This document shows, in pieces, positions 38,827 to 51,460 of a stretch of DNA of 64,000 nt. Position 1 is the stretch's first letter; each line of letters starts with the position of its first letter. The notes under the pieces were generated by a model. The model was not told the DNA's origin. It did no database searches and was given only the letters and a program-made list of their open reading frames with translations. The DNA is from Octopus sinensis (Eukaryota), in contig NC_043018.1 in assembly GCF_006345805.1 (NCBI RefSeq), positions 20,026,001 through 20,090,000 on the forward strand. Direction: 5' to 3'. The translations under genes and the position numbers were made by a program.

Positions 38827-40175
38827 ACTATTATTATTCAGATCACTGCCTGGAATCGAACTCGGAATCTTGGGGTTAATAGCCTGTGCTCTTAACCACT
38901 ACGCCATATAACCGTGGGCATCTGAAAGAAATTTCATTTCAAATTTAATGGAAGTTTAGGTTTCCACATCTACAGGTATGTCTGCAAATTTGTTTCTACA
39001 CTTGTGTATGCATGTCCTTGTGCATTTGGGAACCCATCTTCAGGAACCCGTACTTAAGTATTTGAGTACATGTGGATGTGTGTATGGGAATGTGTATGCA
39101 TAGGGGTGTTTGGATGTTTATTCTACTTTCGTTTAATGGTGTCTGATTGTTTGATGTAATTAAGTAAATTCGTTTAGAACTGAGAGCTTTATTGATATCT
39201 GCTGGATGTTTTAATCCCATTTTTTCTTCATATCTATATCTATATCTATCTATCTATATATATATATATATATATTATAATAGAGAGAGAGAGAGAGAGA
39301 GAGTGAGAGGGAGAAGGGGGAGGGAGAAGGGGGAGGGAGATAGGAGGGAGAGAGGAGAGAGAGGAGAGATGTATCTTTATCTTTTATCATTTACTTGTTT
39401 CAGTCTTTGTATTGTAATCCTGGTACTTATTCTATCAGTTTCTTCCGCCAAACCGCTAAGTTACAGGACTTATATACACACACACACACACACAGACATA
39501 CGCATGCATTCTTCAAATGATTTATGCAAGTCTCTTCCACCTCCATCACCACCACTGCCACTACATTACCTGATATCCTGTTGTAAATTCTGTCTCACGA
39601 TGAGAGGACCTCTACATAGTGACCATCACCCCTGACCTGTTCTACCTTCCACCTTTCCACCACGACACATATTCCATTTCCTCCAGACTTTTACTATTCT
39701 TTTACTGGTTCCAATCAGTGGACTGTGTCCACACTGCGACAACACCTTCCAGTGCTTTAGCTGATCGTATCAACCTCAATTCTTATTCCATTCTGCTAGT
39801 TTAGTTTATCGATCTGTATTTATCGGTTCGGTAAATTACACTTTTAGACACAATGCCGAGTTCTACACTAGTAAACACACACACACACACACACACACGG
39901 ACGGACGTGTGCGCATTATAAAACTTAACTAGTTTCGAGTAAGACTTTGAATCTTGTCTAATGGCTTATTTAAACCAGTCTTGTTGAATTCATCTCCACA
40001 AAACTAAATTTAGAATAAATTTGACTCTGTTTTTAGTATTGATTCCACCATTCCGACTGTAAATGGTCTGTTGTTGTTCCTTAAAATTCTTTTAAAATAA
40101 CAACCCAAAAATTACCATATATATATATATATATATATATATAACCCATGCTAGCATGGAAAGCGGACGTTAAAC

Positions 40176-40208
<33 letters not shown>

Positions 40209-40247
40209 ATATATATATATATATAATACATATATATTTATATATAT

Positions 40248-40278
<31 letters not shown>

Positions 40279-40284
<6 letters not shown>

Positions 40285-40680
40285 ATATATATGGATGGAA
40301 GCACTCCGTCGGTTACGACGACGAGGGTTCCGGTTGATCCGAATCAACGGAACAGCCTGCTCGTGAAATTAACGTGTAAGTGGCTGAGCACTCCACAGAC
40401 ACGTGTACCCTTAACGTAGTTCTCGGGGATATTCAGCGTGACACAGAGAGTGACAAGGCCGGCCCTTTGAAATACAGGTAATTCAGAAACAGGAAGTAAG
40501 AGTGAGAGAAAGTTATGGCGAAAGAGTACAGCAAGGATCACCACCATCCCTGCCGGAGCCTCGTGGAGCTTTAGGTGTTTTCGCTCAATAAACACTCACA
40601 ACGCCTGGTCTGGGAATCGAAACCGCGATCCTATGACCACGAGTCTGCTGCCCTAACCACTGGGCCATTGCGCCTCCACT
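40279..40680 (-). mobile_element. SINE family B, full length, young
   Basis: Reverse complement of 7383-7971 without the duplication; flanked by (TA)n. Confidence 0.92.
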
Positions 40681-40681
40681 T

Positions 40682-40721
<40 letters not shown>

Positions 40722-40755
40722 AGTGTACATATGCCGCTATAAATATATACATAAA

Positions 40756-41055
40756 ATAAAATACAAAATGGGACAAGAACACAAAACATCCGGGCAACTA
40801 GGTGATACAAAAGGGGACAACAAAACATCCAGATAGATGATACAAAAAAAAATATGGATGGGTCATTCGAAGCCTTTTGTCTTCAGTCATGAACTGGATC
40901 ATCCTCGCAATTTCGGCTGATTAATCTTGAGATTGCTCCGATGACCGATCCGTGTTTTCTTTGTCTATCTTTGTCTATCTGGATGTTTTGTTGTCCCCTT
41001 TTGTATCACTTAGTTGTCCGGATGTTTTGCATTCTTGTCCCATTTTGTATTTTAT
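40756..41055. mobile_element. 300-bp foldback element with ~85-100-bp inverted arms, in (TA)n
   Basis: ATAAAATACAAAATGGGACAAGAA..CATCCAGATAGA and its reverse complement, about 5 mismatches in 80 bp. Confidence 0.85.
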
Positions 41056-42287
41056 TATATATATATATATATATATATAATATTATATATATATATATAT
41101 ATACATATATATGTAGAAGAAGTAAGGACCTAAATCTTTGAAAGGGACGTTAAACATCCAAGTTTGCTAGTTCAAGTAAAACCCACGAAGGTGCTACTCC
41201 AGCATGGCCAATGTCCAGTAACTGAAACAAGTAAAAGATAAAAAGATTAGAATTCAAAGTGTGTATGCATATAGTTCACCAGTTGGACTCACAAGCAGTC
41301 CTTCACCACCACCACTACCACCACCACCACCACCACTACCACCACCACCACCACCACCACTACCACCACCACTACCACCACCACCACCGCCACCACCACC
41401 ACAAAAAATAGTTAATAACATGAAAAACAAAAACCCCCAAAAATGGTTATACATTTCCTACTACCTGGGTATAATTAACATTATTGTTCTCTTGCAAATG
41501 AGCTACCTATTATTGTTTATTGAGAAAATTGTTTAATGAGAGCTTGCAAGAATTTTATACTATTTCACATTGATTTTGGAAAATTGTATCCGAAAACTGA
41601 TTGAAACGAACATAAATAAAATGAAACAAAATAGAAAACGAGGGGGTGGTGGTTTCTGTGATTTTTCTTCTGGAACGTTTCATTATTAGATGGGTTCTAT
41701 GTATATTTTCCTGCACAGATATATATTAATTTATTTGATTTGATTAAATATCAATATTCAATGAGTTTAGGTTTTTGGTTTAATATGTAAGCCACAATAA
41801 ACATTGGAGTTGGTAATTAATCATTCTCCGGGCTTGTAGCGTTCTCAAATTCATTGCTATTCACACAATAAGTCGCACCCAATGGAAAACTAGGCTTGCA
41901 ATGATAAGCGTCGAATGAATGATTTTTAATTTTAATCTTCTACTGTAAAGCAATATGAATTTATTGGCGAGAAGAATCTTAATTTTCAGTCTTCATTGTA
42001 GAATATTAATCACTCATCTTGTTAAATAATTCATTAGACTTTGGGCAATTCTAATTGAACATTCATAAATGATATAATCCCTTGAGGAAAGTTAATCTTG
42101 TAAAGCTGTATTATCAAAATTGCTTGTATTTTTGCTCTCTTGATTCATTCAGGACAATAAATTTGAGTAAAATCACTTGAAACGTTTAAGCTTATAACTG
42201 AGATTTAGATTCCCGCTCTAAGATTGATATTTGATATTTATTGAAAATAGATGTCACTACTTGTACTGCTGTATAACTTTAGCTGAA

Positions 42288-43080
42288 TCTCCAGGGATGA
42301 CAATTGTTTGTCACAATCTCCAGTGCTGATGCTCAACTGTATTGGAATCTCCAGTGATGACAGTCAGCTGTGTCATAATTTCCAGTGATGACATTGACAG
42401 TCAAGTGTGTCATAATCTCCAGTGATGACAGTCAACTGTGTCATAATTTCCAGTGATGACATTGACAGTCAAGTGTGTCATAATCTCCAGTGATGACAGT
42501 CAGCTGTGTCATAATTTTCAGTGATGACACTGACAGTCAAGTGTGTCATAATCTCCAGTGATGACAGTCAGCTGTGTCATAATTTCCAGTTATGACATTG
42601 ACAGTCAAGTGTGTCATAATCTCTAGTGATGACAGTCAGCTGTGTCATAATTTTCAGTGATGACACTGACAGTCAAATGTGTCATAATCTCAGTGATGAC
42701 AATCAGCTATGTCATAATTTCCAGTGATGACATTGACAGTCAAGTGTGTCATAATCTCCAGTGATGACAGTCAAGTGTGTCATAGTCTCCAGTATTGGTA
42801 GTTAACTATGTTTTCATCTCAAGTGATGACAATTATCTGTCGTAATCAATAATGTTGACAGTCAACCGTGTTTGAATCTCCAGTGTTGACAGTCAACTGT
42901 GTTAGAATTTTCAATGTTGATGGTTAACTCTACCACAATTTTCAGTAATGACAGTCAACTATGTTACAATCTCCAGTGATGATGGTTGACTGTCAACTGT
43001 GTCATAATCTCCAGTAATGACAGTAATATTCAACAGAGATGACTGTCAACTGTGTCCAATCTCCACTAATGACTGATACT
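42288..43080. repeat. Minisatellite with a 68-bp (31+37) higher-order repeat
   Basis: A=TCCAGTGATGACAGTCAGCTGTGTCATAATT, B=TCCAGTGATGACATTGACAGTCAAGTGTGTCATAATC; about 6 AB units at 42350-42757 with degenerate monomers on both sides. Confidence 0.95.
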
Positions 43081-43924
43081 AATGACCTTTATCACTTAAA
43101 CCAGCCATATCCATTTTGAATATTATATTCCATTTGTTTCATATTCAATCCAGCCAGATCCAGCCTCTCACACCTACCCTACAATGTCATTCCCAAAATA
43201 AACAATCACATAATAGAAATCTTGAAGCTACAGGATAATGTAGAATTAAATTCAAAACAATGTGAATAAATAACAGTAATAAAAAATCCAAAATATCCTT
43301 TTCCTTTAACCTGTAACAATTCAAGTGAGATTTAGCTCCTGTTTCTAGCAGGCAGCGAGACCACATTGAGGCAACCCCCATCCCTTTGCCAATAATAGAA
43401 AAATATAAGAATTTTGCAAGATAGAGTTTTTCTTTTGTGTCTTGTGGTGCTTTCTCCTTCTCCATTTGTCTTTGATATCTTCCGGAACCTTCCGGTCAGT
43501 TGAGTTGGCACAAAGCATTGTGCGACGACAACAATTTCAAAAATATCATCATGGCACCACTCAGAATGGCACATTTAGTCTCACCCACCCCCTCCACCAC
43601 TCCCTCTTCCTCCTCTTCCCTTCTTGCTTCCTCGTCTTTTAATATTGCTACCAGCCTCCCCACCACCACCACCATAAAAAAAAACAATTAAAATAAAATT
43701 AAATTAAAAGACCATGGAATTGGAAGAAGAAGAAGAAGATGAGCAGGGGAATGGTGAGGAGGAAGAGGAAGAAGAATTGCGGTGCTTCTTGCAATGGTTA
43801 TCTTCAAAGTTTGGTTTTCATGTGAGGAACCTCCAGGTTGGAATGGGGGGGGGGTAGGGATTGAGAGTCGGTGGAGCAATACATCAGTGGAAAATGATTC
43901 AAAGATAAGCATCATTCTTGTTCT

Positions 43925-44240
43925 TCATAAACTGTGGTGGTGATGGTGATGGTGGTGGTGGTGGTGGTGGTGGTGGTGGTGATGATGAGGATGATGGTGG
44001 TGGTGGTGGTGGTGATGGTGATGAGGATGATGATGATGTGATGATTAGGATGATGATGATGATGGTGGTGGTGATGGCGATGAGGATGATGATGATGGTG
44101 ATGGTGATGAGGATGATGATGATGAGGATGATGATGATGATGGTGGTGGTGGTGATGAGGATGGTGATGGTGGTGGTGATGAGGATGATGATGGTGGTGG
44201 TGGTGATGAGGATGATGATGATGGTGGTGATGGTGATGAG

Positions 44241-44271
<31 letters not shown>

Positions 44272-44955
44272 ATGAGGATGGTGATGGTGATGGTGGTGGT
44301 GGTGGTGATGAGGATGATGATGGTGGTGGTGGTGATGAGGATGATGATGATGGTGGTGATGGTGATGAGGATGATGATTATGATGATGGTGGTGGTGGTG
44401 ATGATGATGATGATGGTGGTGGTGATGAGGATGATGATGATGGTGGTGATGGTGATGAGGATGATGATGATGGTGGTGATGGTGATGATGATGATGATGG
44501 TGGTGGTGATGAGGATGATGATGATGGTGGTGATGGTGATGAGGATGATGATGATGGTGGTGGTGGTGATGATGATGATGATGATGAGGATGAGGATGAT
44601 GATGATGGTGGTGGTGGTGATGAGGATGGTGATGGTGATGGTGGTGGTGGTGTGATGAGGATGATGATGGTGGTGGTGGTGATGAGGATGATGATGATGG
44701 TGTGGGGTGATGAGGATGATGATGATGGTGGGATGTGATGAGAATGCTTGATGTTGGTGGTGGTGGTGATGATGATGATGATGGTGGTGGTGATGAGGAT
44801 GATGATGATGGTGGTGATGGTGATGTGATGATGATGGTGGTGGTGGCGGTGTTGTTATTGATGTTGCTGCTGTTGTTGATGTTGAATTTTTTTGTGAATG
44901 GTGGTGGTGGTGGTGGTGGTGGTGATGGTGATGAGGATGATGATGATGATGGTGG
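43925..44955. repeat. About 1-kb compound (GAT/GGT/GAG)n array
   Basis: Direct reading; source of the poly-His and Met/Val ORFs. Confidence 0.95.
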
Positions 44956-45289
44956 TAGTGTGGTGTCACTGCTGCTGTTGTTTCTGTTGCTCTTGATGTT
45001 GTTCTTGTAGTCATCAGTGGTAGCGACATTGTTGTTCCTGCTGCTGCTGTTGTTGTTGTTATTTAGCCACATGCTGGACCACATCAAATACAGTCACATG
45101 CTATGCCAGCCACGGTCCTTAGATTCTCATTCTCTATATTTTATGCGAATGTGGATGTATGTAAGTCTGTGTGTCTACATAAACAGCTACATACCTGCAT
45201 ATATATATATACACATGCATATATGCACACACTGATAGGAGTGCGCATACCTGCATACATTTAAGTGCACGGCCACAAACATTCCTATG

Positions 45290-45618
45290 CATACACACAC
45301 ACACACACACACACACGCAGAGTAAGACGTACAGGCTCAGGTATACATATACGCAGTCACAACTTTCACATACATACACAGAAGCACTCAAGCATTCATG
45401 CACGCACACACACACACACTCACATACACACACACACACTCACATACACACACACACACTCAAACACACACACACATGTTCACACATACGCATGCACACA
45501 AACTCAGAGAAGTGCATACATGGACAAATGCACACAAGCAAACACACTTAGACACACATACACACACATACAGAATCACACACACACACACATACAGAAT
45601 CACACACTCACACACATG

Positions 45619-45655
<37 letters not shown>

Positions 45656-45751
45656 AGGTGTGCCTATACAAACATATAACCTTCATATACACAGGCACTC
45701 TCAGACACACATACACACATATGCACACACAATCACACATACATTCAGATT

Positions 45752-45783
<32 letters not shown>

Positions 45784-45831
45784 ACCTTCACATACACACA
45801 CTCACACACACACAGAATCACACATACATTC

Positions 45832-45870
<39 letters not shown>

Positions 45871-46130
45871 CATATACAACCTTCACATACACACACTCAC
45901 ACACGCACAGAATCACACACACACACACACTTATACTCACAGTTACACATACACACTCAGGTATTCATATGCACACACATTCACACACACACACACACAT
46001 ACACAGACCCAAACACACATACACTGACCCAGATACACACACACAGACCCAGACACACACACGCACACACACACACTGACCCAGACACACACACACACAC
46101 ACACACCACACACACACACACACACACCTA
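45290..46130. repeat. (CA)n-rich array with internal duplications
   Basis: Direct reading. Confidence 0.92.
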
Positions 46131-46416
46131 TCTGATGTGGTTAGTTCCAGTGAAATTGCTCCATCCAAGCAGTTCCAGCCGTTTTCTTGCTTCAGAACAT
46201 TAGTGAGATGCCAGCGAGATTTGCCAGAGAAATTCCAAGAATTAAAGGCAATTTTCTACTGGCATTAGCTGGCTGATAGTGTTGGAAGAAGGCCGTTGCT
46301 GTCCACTCTGTAATTGACCAATTATTGATCAGCAAGCAATCACGGAAACCTTATCTTTAAGCAACTCATTATATCCTGTGTTTGGTTGGAAGATAAGGAG
46401 CTGTGCTGGTGCTGTC

Positions 46417-46419
<3 letters not shown>

Positions 46420-46461
<42 letters not shown>

Positions 46462-46589
46462 GAGGGAGAGAGAGAAAGGGAGGGAGAGAGAAAATGGGAG
46501 AGAACAAGAGAAAGAGGAAGAAATGTAGAGAGAATATATATACATGCAGACATATACATATGTATATATATCATATATATATATATCAT

Positions 46590-46625
<36 letters not shown>

Positions 46626-46656
46626 TGAAAGTAAAAGAGGATGAGACAGAGAAATG

Positions 46657-46702
<46 letters not shown>

Positions 46703-47240
46703 TTATATATGTATATGTATGTATGTGTGTATGTATGCACATACTGAGAGAGAGAGAGAGAGAGAGAGATGAGATGAAAGTAAAGGAGTATGAGACAGAG
46801 AAAAGGAAAGGCAAAGGACTAGAGAAATGTATGTGTATATATATATATATATATATATTTATGTATGTATGTATGTACATACTGATAGACAGAGAGAGAG
46901 AGAGAGAGAGGAGGAAGAGAGAGAATGGGAGAGAGGTTAGGAGAGGTAGTGGAAAGTGAGAGGCAGGAAAGAGGAGAGCAAAGATGAGAGGGTGAGGAGA
47001 AGAAGCTGAGGTCAAGAAAGAAGGAGAGGGAGATAAGAAGGAAGAAAGCTATAGAAAGAAAGGAATGAAGTAACTGAGGAGAAGAAAGAGGAGTGGTGGG
47101 GGGGGGGAGAAGATGGAGAATGAGAGGTGGGGGAAGAGGGGCAGAAAGCACGAGAGGAGGAGAAGTTGAGATATGGTAGGGAGTAGCATGTCTGTTTTGG
47201 GAAGAGTGGGCTCGAGAGGAGGAGGAGGAGGAGAGAGTAA
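46420..47240. repeat. (GA)n/(TA)n purine-skewed low-complexity region
   Basis: Direct reading. Confidence 0.85.
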
Positions 47241-48082
47241 GGGAAGGAGAGAGAGGTAGAGTGTATGCATGTGTGTGTGTGTGTGCATGCATGTATATGA
47301 GAGAGAGAGGAAAGCAGATTGCTTGTCACGAGTGTGTATGTGTGTGTGTATGTGTGTGTATTGTGAATGTCTTTGAGTCCTCCTCTGTGTGTGTGTGTGT
47401 GTGTGTTTGTTATTATATGAAAGTGAAGAAGAGTCAGATTGTGGCGAGAAAGAATGAGAGAGAGAGAGAGAGATGCATAATGTAGCTGAATGGTGAGTTA
47501 AGAAGCTCCCAGTACAATCCTGAGGTGTCAAGTTCAATCCTAAAGCAAAGCAGCTTGAGCAGATGTCTTTCACCCAATTGTTTTGGATCATCTCAAATCT
47601 TGTGAACGAAACTGGTTAGAATGGGAATGCAAAGAAGTCTCTTTGAATTTTATTTTGAATCAAGTAGTAAAGTGCTGTCATATGGTGAGTTATGCTGATT
47701 CCACCTGAGAATTCCATTAAAGGTGGATCTGTCTGTGGAATATTCAACCACTTCGATGTTGCTTTGAGGAGCAGGCTTATCAGACGACTGGGTTTCCATA
47801 ATCAGAACCAGTGGAGGTCCGTTTTGTGTATGTCTGTGTGAAATAAGGGGTCAAAGGGGAAATACAGGGATGGAATTGAAGATGGGATCGTGCATGTGGC
47901 TATGTGTACAGACTGATGGAGAGATAGATGGACAGACAGACAGACAGATGGACGGATGGACAGATAGATGAATAGATAGATAGACAGACAGACAGACAGA
48001 TGGACGGATGGATGGACAGATAGATGGATGGATAGACAGATAGACAAATAGATAGATAGATAGATAGATGGATGAAACGCAA

Positions 48083-48848
48083 AGTCAACCCTGGCAGAAT
48101 TTGAACCCAGAATATAAAGACTGATGAAATACTGCTAAGCTTTTTGTTCAGCATGGTAACGATTCTGCTAGCTCACTGCCTTAATAATAATAATGATAAT
48201 AATAATAATAATAATAATAAGAAGAAGAAGAAGAATCCTTTCTGCTCTAGGCACAAGGCCTGACAGTATGGGGAGAGGGGGCCAGTCGATTAGATCGACC
48301 CCAGTATGCAACTGGTACTTAATTTATCAACCCTGAAAGAATGAAAGGCAAAGTCGATCTCAGTAGAATTTGAAATCAGAATGTAAAGTCAGACGAAATA
48401 CCGCTAAGAATTTTGACCGGCATGCTAACATTTCTTATTTCTTTATTGCCCACAAGGGGCTAAACATAGAGGGGACAAATATGGACAAAGGGATTAAGTC
48501 AATTAGATCAACCCCAGTGCATAACTGGTACTTAATTTATTGACCCCCAAAAGGATGAAAGGCAAAGTTGATCTCAGCGGAATTTGAACTCAGAACATAA
48601 TGGCAGGCGAAATACCTATTTCTTTACTACCCACAAGGGGCTAAACACAGAGAGGACAAACAAGGACAGACAAACGGATTAAGTCGATTATATCAACCCC
48701 AGTGCGTAACTGGTACTTAATTTATTGACCCCAAAAGGATGAAAGGCAAAGTCGACCTCAGCGGAATTTGAACTCAGAACGTAACGGCAGACGAAATACC
48801 GCTAAATATTTCGCCTGGCATGCTAACGTTTCTGCCATCTCACCTCCT
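48083..48848 (-). mobile_element. Chain of 3-4 nested family C SINEs
   Basis: Cores at about 48083, 48235, 48435 and 48620; each new tail starts inside the head of the previous copy. Confidence 0.85.
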
Positions 48849-49404
48849 TAATGATGTAAACATATTTATATTAGTCAACAATGCAATTATTTTTTTACCA
48901 GCGATGAAATTAAGTTTTTCCTGAATTTGTTTTGGTTGTTAAATTTAAATCTACTTTACATTTTCTCTCAGAATTTCATATTTTTCGAAATAGACATTAA
49001 TTCGTATTTGTATCCAACTGTGTTGGTAACTTACATTAAATAACATTTTATATTAAATGTGATTATTGCTGTAAAGCACTCAGCATGCACTTCATGAGTT
49101 GATACAGAAATAATTTTAATTTCATCTTTTATATAATAGACTGAATTAGGATACACAAATAATTCAAGAATATGCATTCTATTTAGTTTTTAAAAGTGTT
49201 TGTGAATATGATTTTCTCTTATGAATTCATATTTCACAAAATCTGGCATCTATCAATAGTTGTCAATCACACCTGAATTATAAAGACCCTTTGTTATAAA
49301 ATCCCTGATATTGGTTCCACTACATCAAATCATATCTCTGTGATCGCTTTTTACTAGACCAAGACTTTTTGGAAAGAATTCTAGATTTGAGTTAAGTTAA
49401 TCAA

Positions 49405-49648
49405 AAAAACACCATCCGAGCGTGGCCGTTCGCCAGCCTCTTCTGGCACCTGTGTCGGTGACACGTAAAAAGCACCCACTACACTCACGGAGTGGTTGGC
49501 GTTAGGAAGGGCATCCAGCCGTAGAAACTCTGCCAGATCTGACTGGCCTGGTGCAGCCTTCAGGCTTGCCAGACCCCAGTTGAACCGTCCAACCCATGCT
49601 AGCATGGAAAGCGGACGTTAAATGATGATGATGATGATGAAGATGATA
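49405..49648 (+). mobile_element. Family D, one head unit
   Basis: Family match; followed by a family C fragment at 49650-49731 (-). Confidence 0.88.
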
Positions 49649-50250
49649 TCGACCCCAGTGCATAACTGGTACTTATTTAACCAACCCTGAAAGGATGAAA
49701 GGCAAAGTCGACCTCGGTGGAATTTGAACTTTCTCAATGCCAACTGATAAACCATTTCTTTGTCAAGAACATTCTTGACTCCACTTATTTATGCAAATGA
49801 TATATTGTTCCACAGAAAGTTTTTGGTGTAAGGAAGTGCATCCAGCTGTGGTGGCCATACCAAAGCAGTCATAGGGGCTGAGTGCTGTTCTTTTGCTCAT
49901 TAGGTCCCATTGAACCATCCATCTCATACCATCATTGAAAATGGACATTAAACAAAGATAATAATGGTTTTAATTCTTTAGCATTTAAACCAGCCATATC
50001 CATCAATATTCTGTGTGTTTTATGTTCAAACTGCCCAGATCTGACCTCCCACACATACCCTACAATGTCATTCTAAAAATAAACAGGCGTAGGAGTGGCT
50101 GTGTTGTAAGTAGCTTGCTTATGAACCACATGGTTCCGGGTTCAGTCCCACTGCATGGCACCTTGAGCATGTGTCTTCTACTATAGCCTCAGGCCTACCA
50201 AAGCCTTGTGAGTGGATTTGATAGATGGAAACTGAAAGAAGCCCATTGTA

Positions 50251-50282
<32 letters not shown>

Positions 50283-50603
50283 GAACAGCATTTAAAACCT
50301 CCCTTAATTTGTGGTCCCACATGAATTCCCTCCTTTTTTTTTTTTTTTTTCGACACACATATTGGAATCTTTTTAAGAAGATTCTAGAATCCTCTTGAAA
50401 TGATTTTATTGTTTGCTTAAAAAATTTTTTCTTTTATAAAACCAAGTTTAATAAGAGGAAGAGGTAAGAATTTTTTGGGGCCTTGTGTCTGGAGTAGAAA
50501 AGAATAAGAGGAAGCAGTAAGAATTATTTTCTTGAGCTTAATCTAAAGACACATATTGGTCACAGGACATTTCTGGGGCTTATGTCAACCTTAGTAGCCT
50601 GTA

Positions 50604-50690
50604 ACATTTAATATAGCAATCTATGATAGCGTGACTGTCCTACAGAGAGTCACATTTAATATAGCAATCTATTATAGCGTGACTGTCCCA
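50604..50690. repeat. 48-bp tandem duplication
   Basis: ACATTTAATATAGCAATCTAT.ATAGCGTGACTGTCC at 50604 and 50652. Confidence 0.9.
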
Positions 50691-51134
50691 CAAACATAAG
50701 AAACAATAGTGTTTTGTAATTCCTGCTTGCATGCCCATTAACAGGTTAATAACTCTGAGATCTCCATAGAGATTCCATTGAGGAATACGGTAATAAATGG
50801 CATCAAGCAATATAGCTATGTTGTCTTAAATGTCTTTTAGTTTTAGGGGGGGCAGTTTCGAAATTTTGATACTGATTTCAATCCTGTCTTTGATACTGGA
50901 GAGGAAAATAAAAAAAAAGAACCAAAGTTGGTTTTGAAATCAGCATCACAAAATGTCAGGTTTCACCCTAAATCTTCTCTGATGGAACTTCCAAATTCTT
51001 TGTTAACCAGTCTTCTCCCCACCCCTCTCTCTGTCTCTCACATACACACACAAAAAAATGCAAACACATACACACATATACACATACACACGCACACACA
51101 TACACACACACACATGTTCTCTTCTTCTTTCCTT

Positions 51135-51237
51135 TCACTTTCACTTTCTATCATTCTCTTTTGCTGGACTGCTAAGTTATAGGGACGTAAACACACCAGC
51201 ACCAGCACCAGTTCTCTAGCAGTGGTGGAGGAAAATA

Positions 51238-51268
<31 letters not shown>

Positions 51269-51460
51269 TGGCATGCATGCTCACACATATATACATACGC
51301 AGCAGGCTTCTTTCAGTTTCCCTCTACCAAATCCACTGACAATGTTTTGGTCGTCCTGGGGCTAGAATAGAAGACACTCACCAAAGATGCCTCACAATGA
51401 AACTGAACCCAATACCATGTGGTTGGGAAGCGAACCTCTTACCACACATCCACTCTTGAA
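51135..51460 (-). mobile_element. SINE family A, diverged
   Basis: Family match; similar copies at 50085-50250 (+), 54615-55010 (-), 59528-59690 (+), 59940-60165 (+). Confidence 0.8.

Larger units (their letters stand above)
38262..38915 (-). mobile_element. tRNA-headed SINE with a hammerhead-like 3' part, split by a later insertion
   Basis: A box TGGCGTAGTGG (38896-38906), B box GTTCGATTCC (38852-38861); hammerhead-like motif at 38339-38384 on the same strand; AATGTAAAT tandem tail at 38281-38304. Confidence 0.55.

Noticed and set aside
42350-42787. CRISPR array or C/D snoRNA cluster (GTGATGA C-box in each unit)
   Set aside because: No unique spacers, no cas genes, eukaryotic context; no consistent D box or guide at snoRNA spacing.
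43899-45087. 391-aa poly-His/Pro ORF and 376-aa Thr/Ile ORF (-), 245-aa Met/Val ORF (+)
   Set aside because: CAT/CAC/CCT triplets cannot create stops in any minus frame, so length is uninformative. Amino-acid character switches at slippage points, and there are no GHG-type motifs of known cephalopod His-rich beak proteins. Only the Asn/Ser-rich first ~110 codons leave slight doubt.
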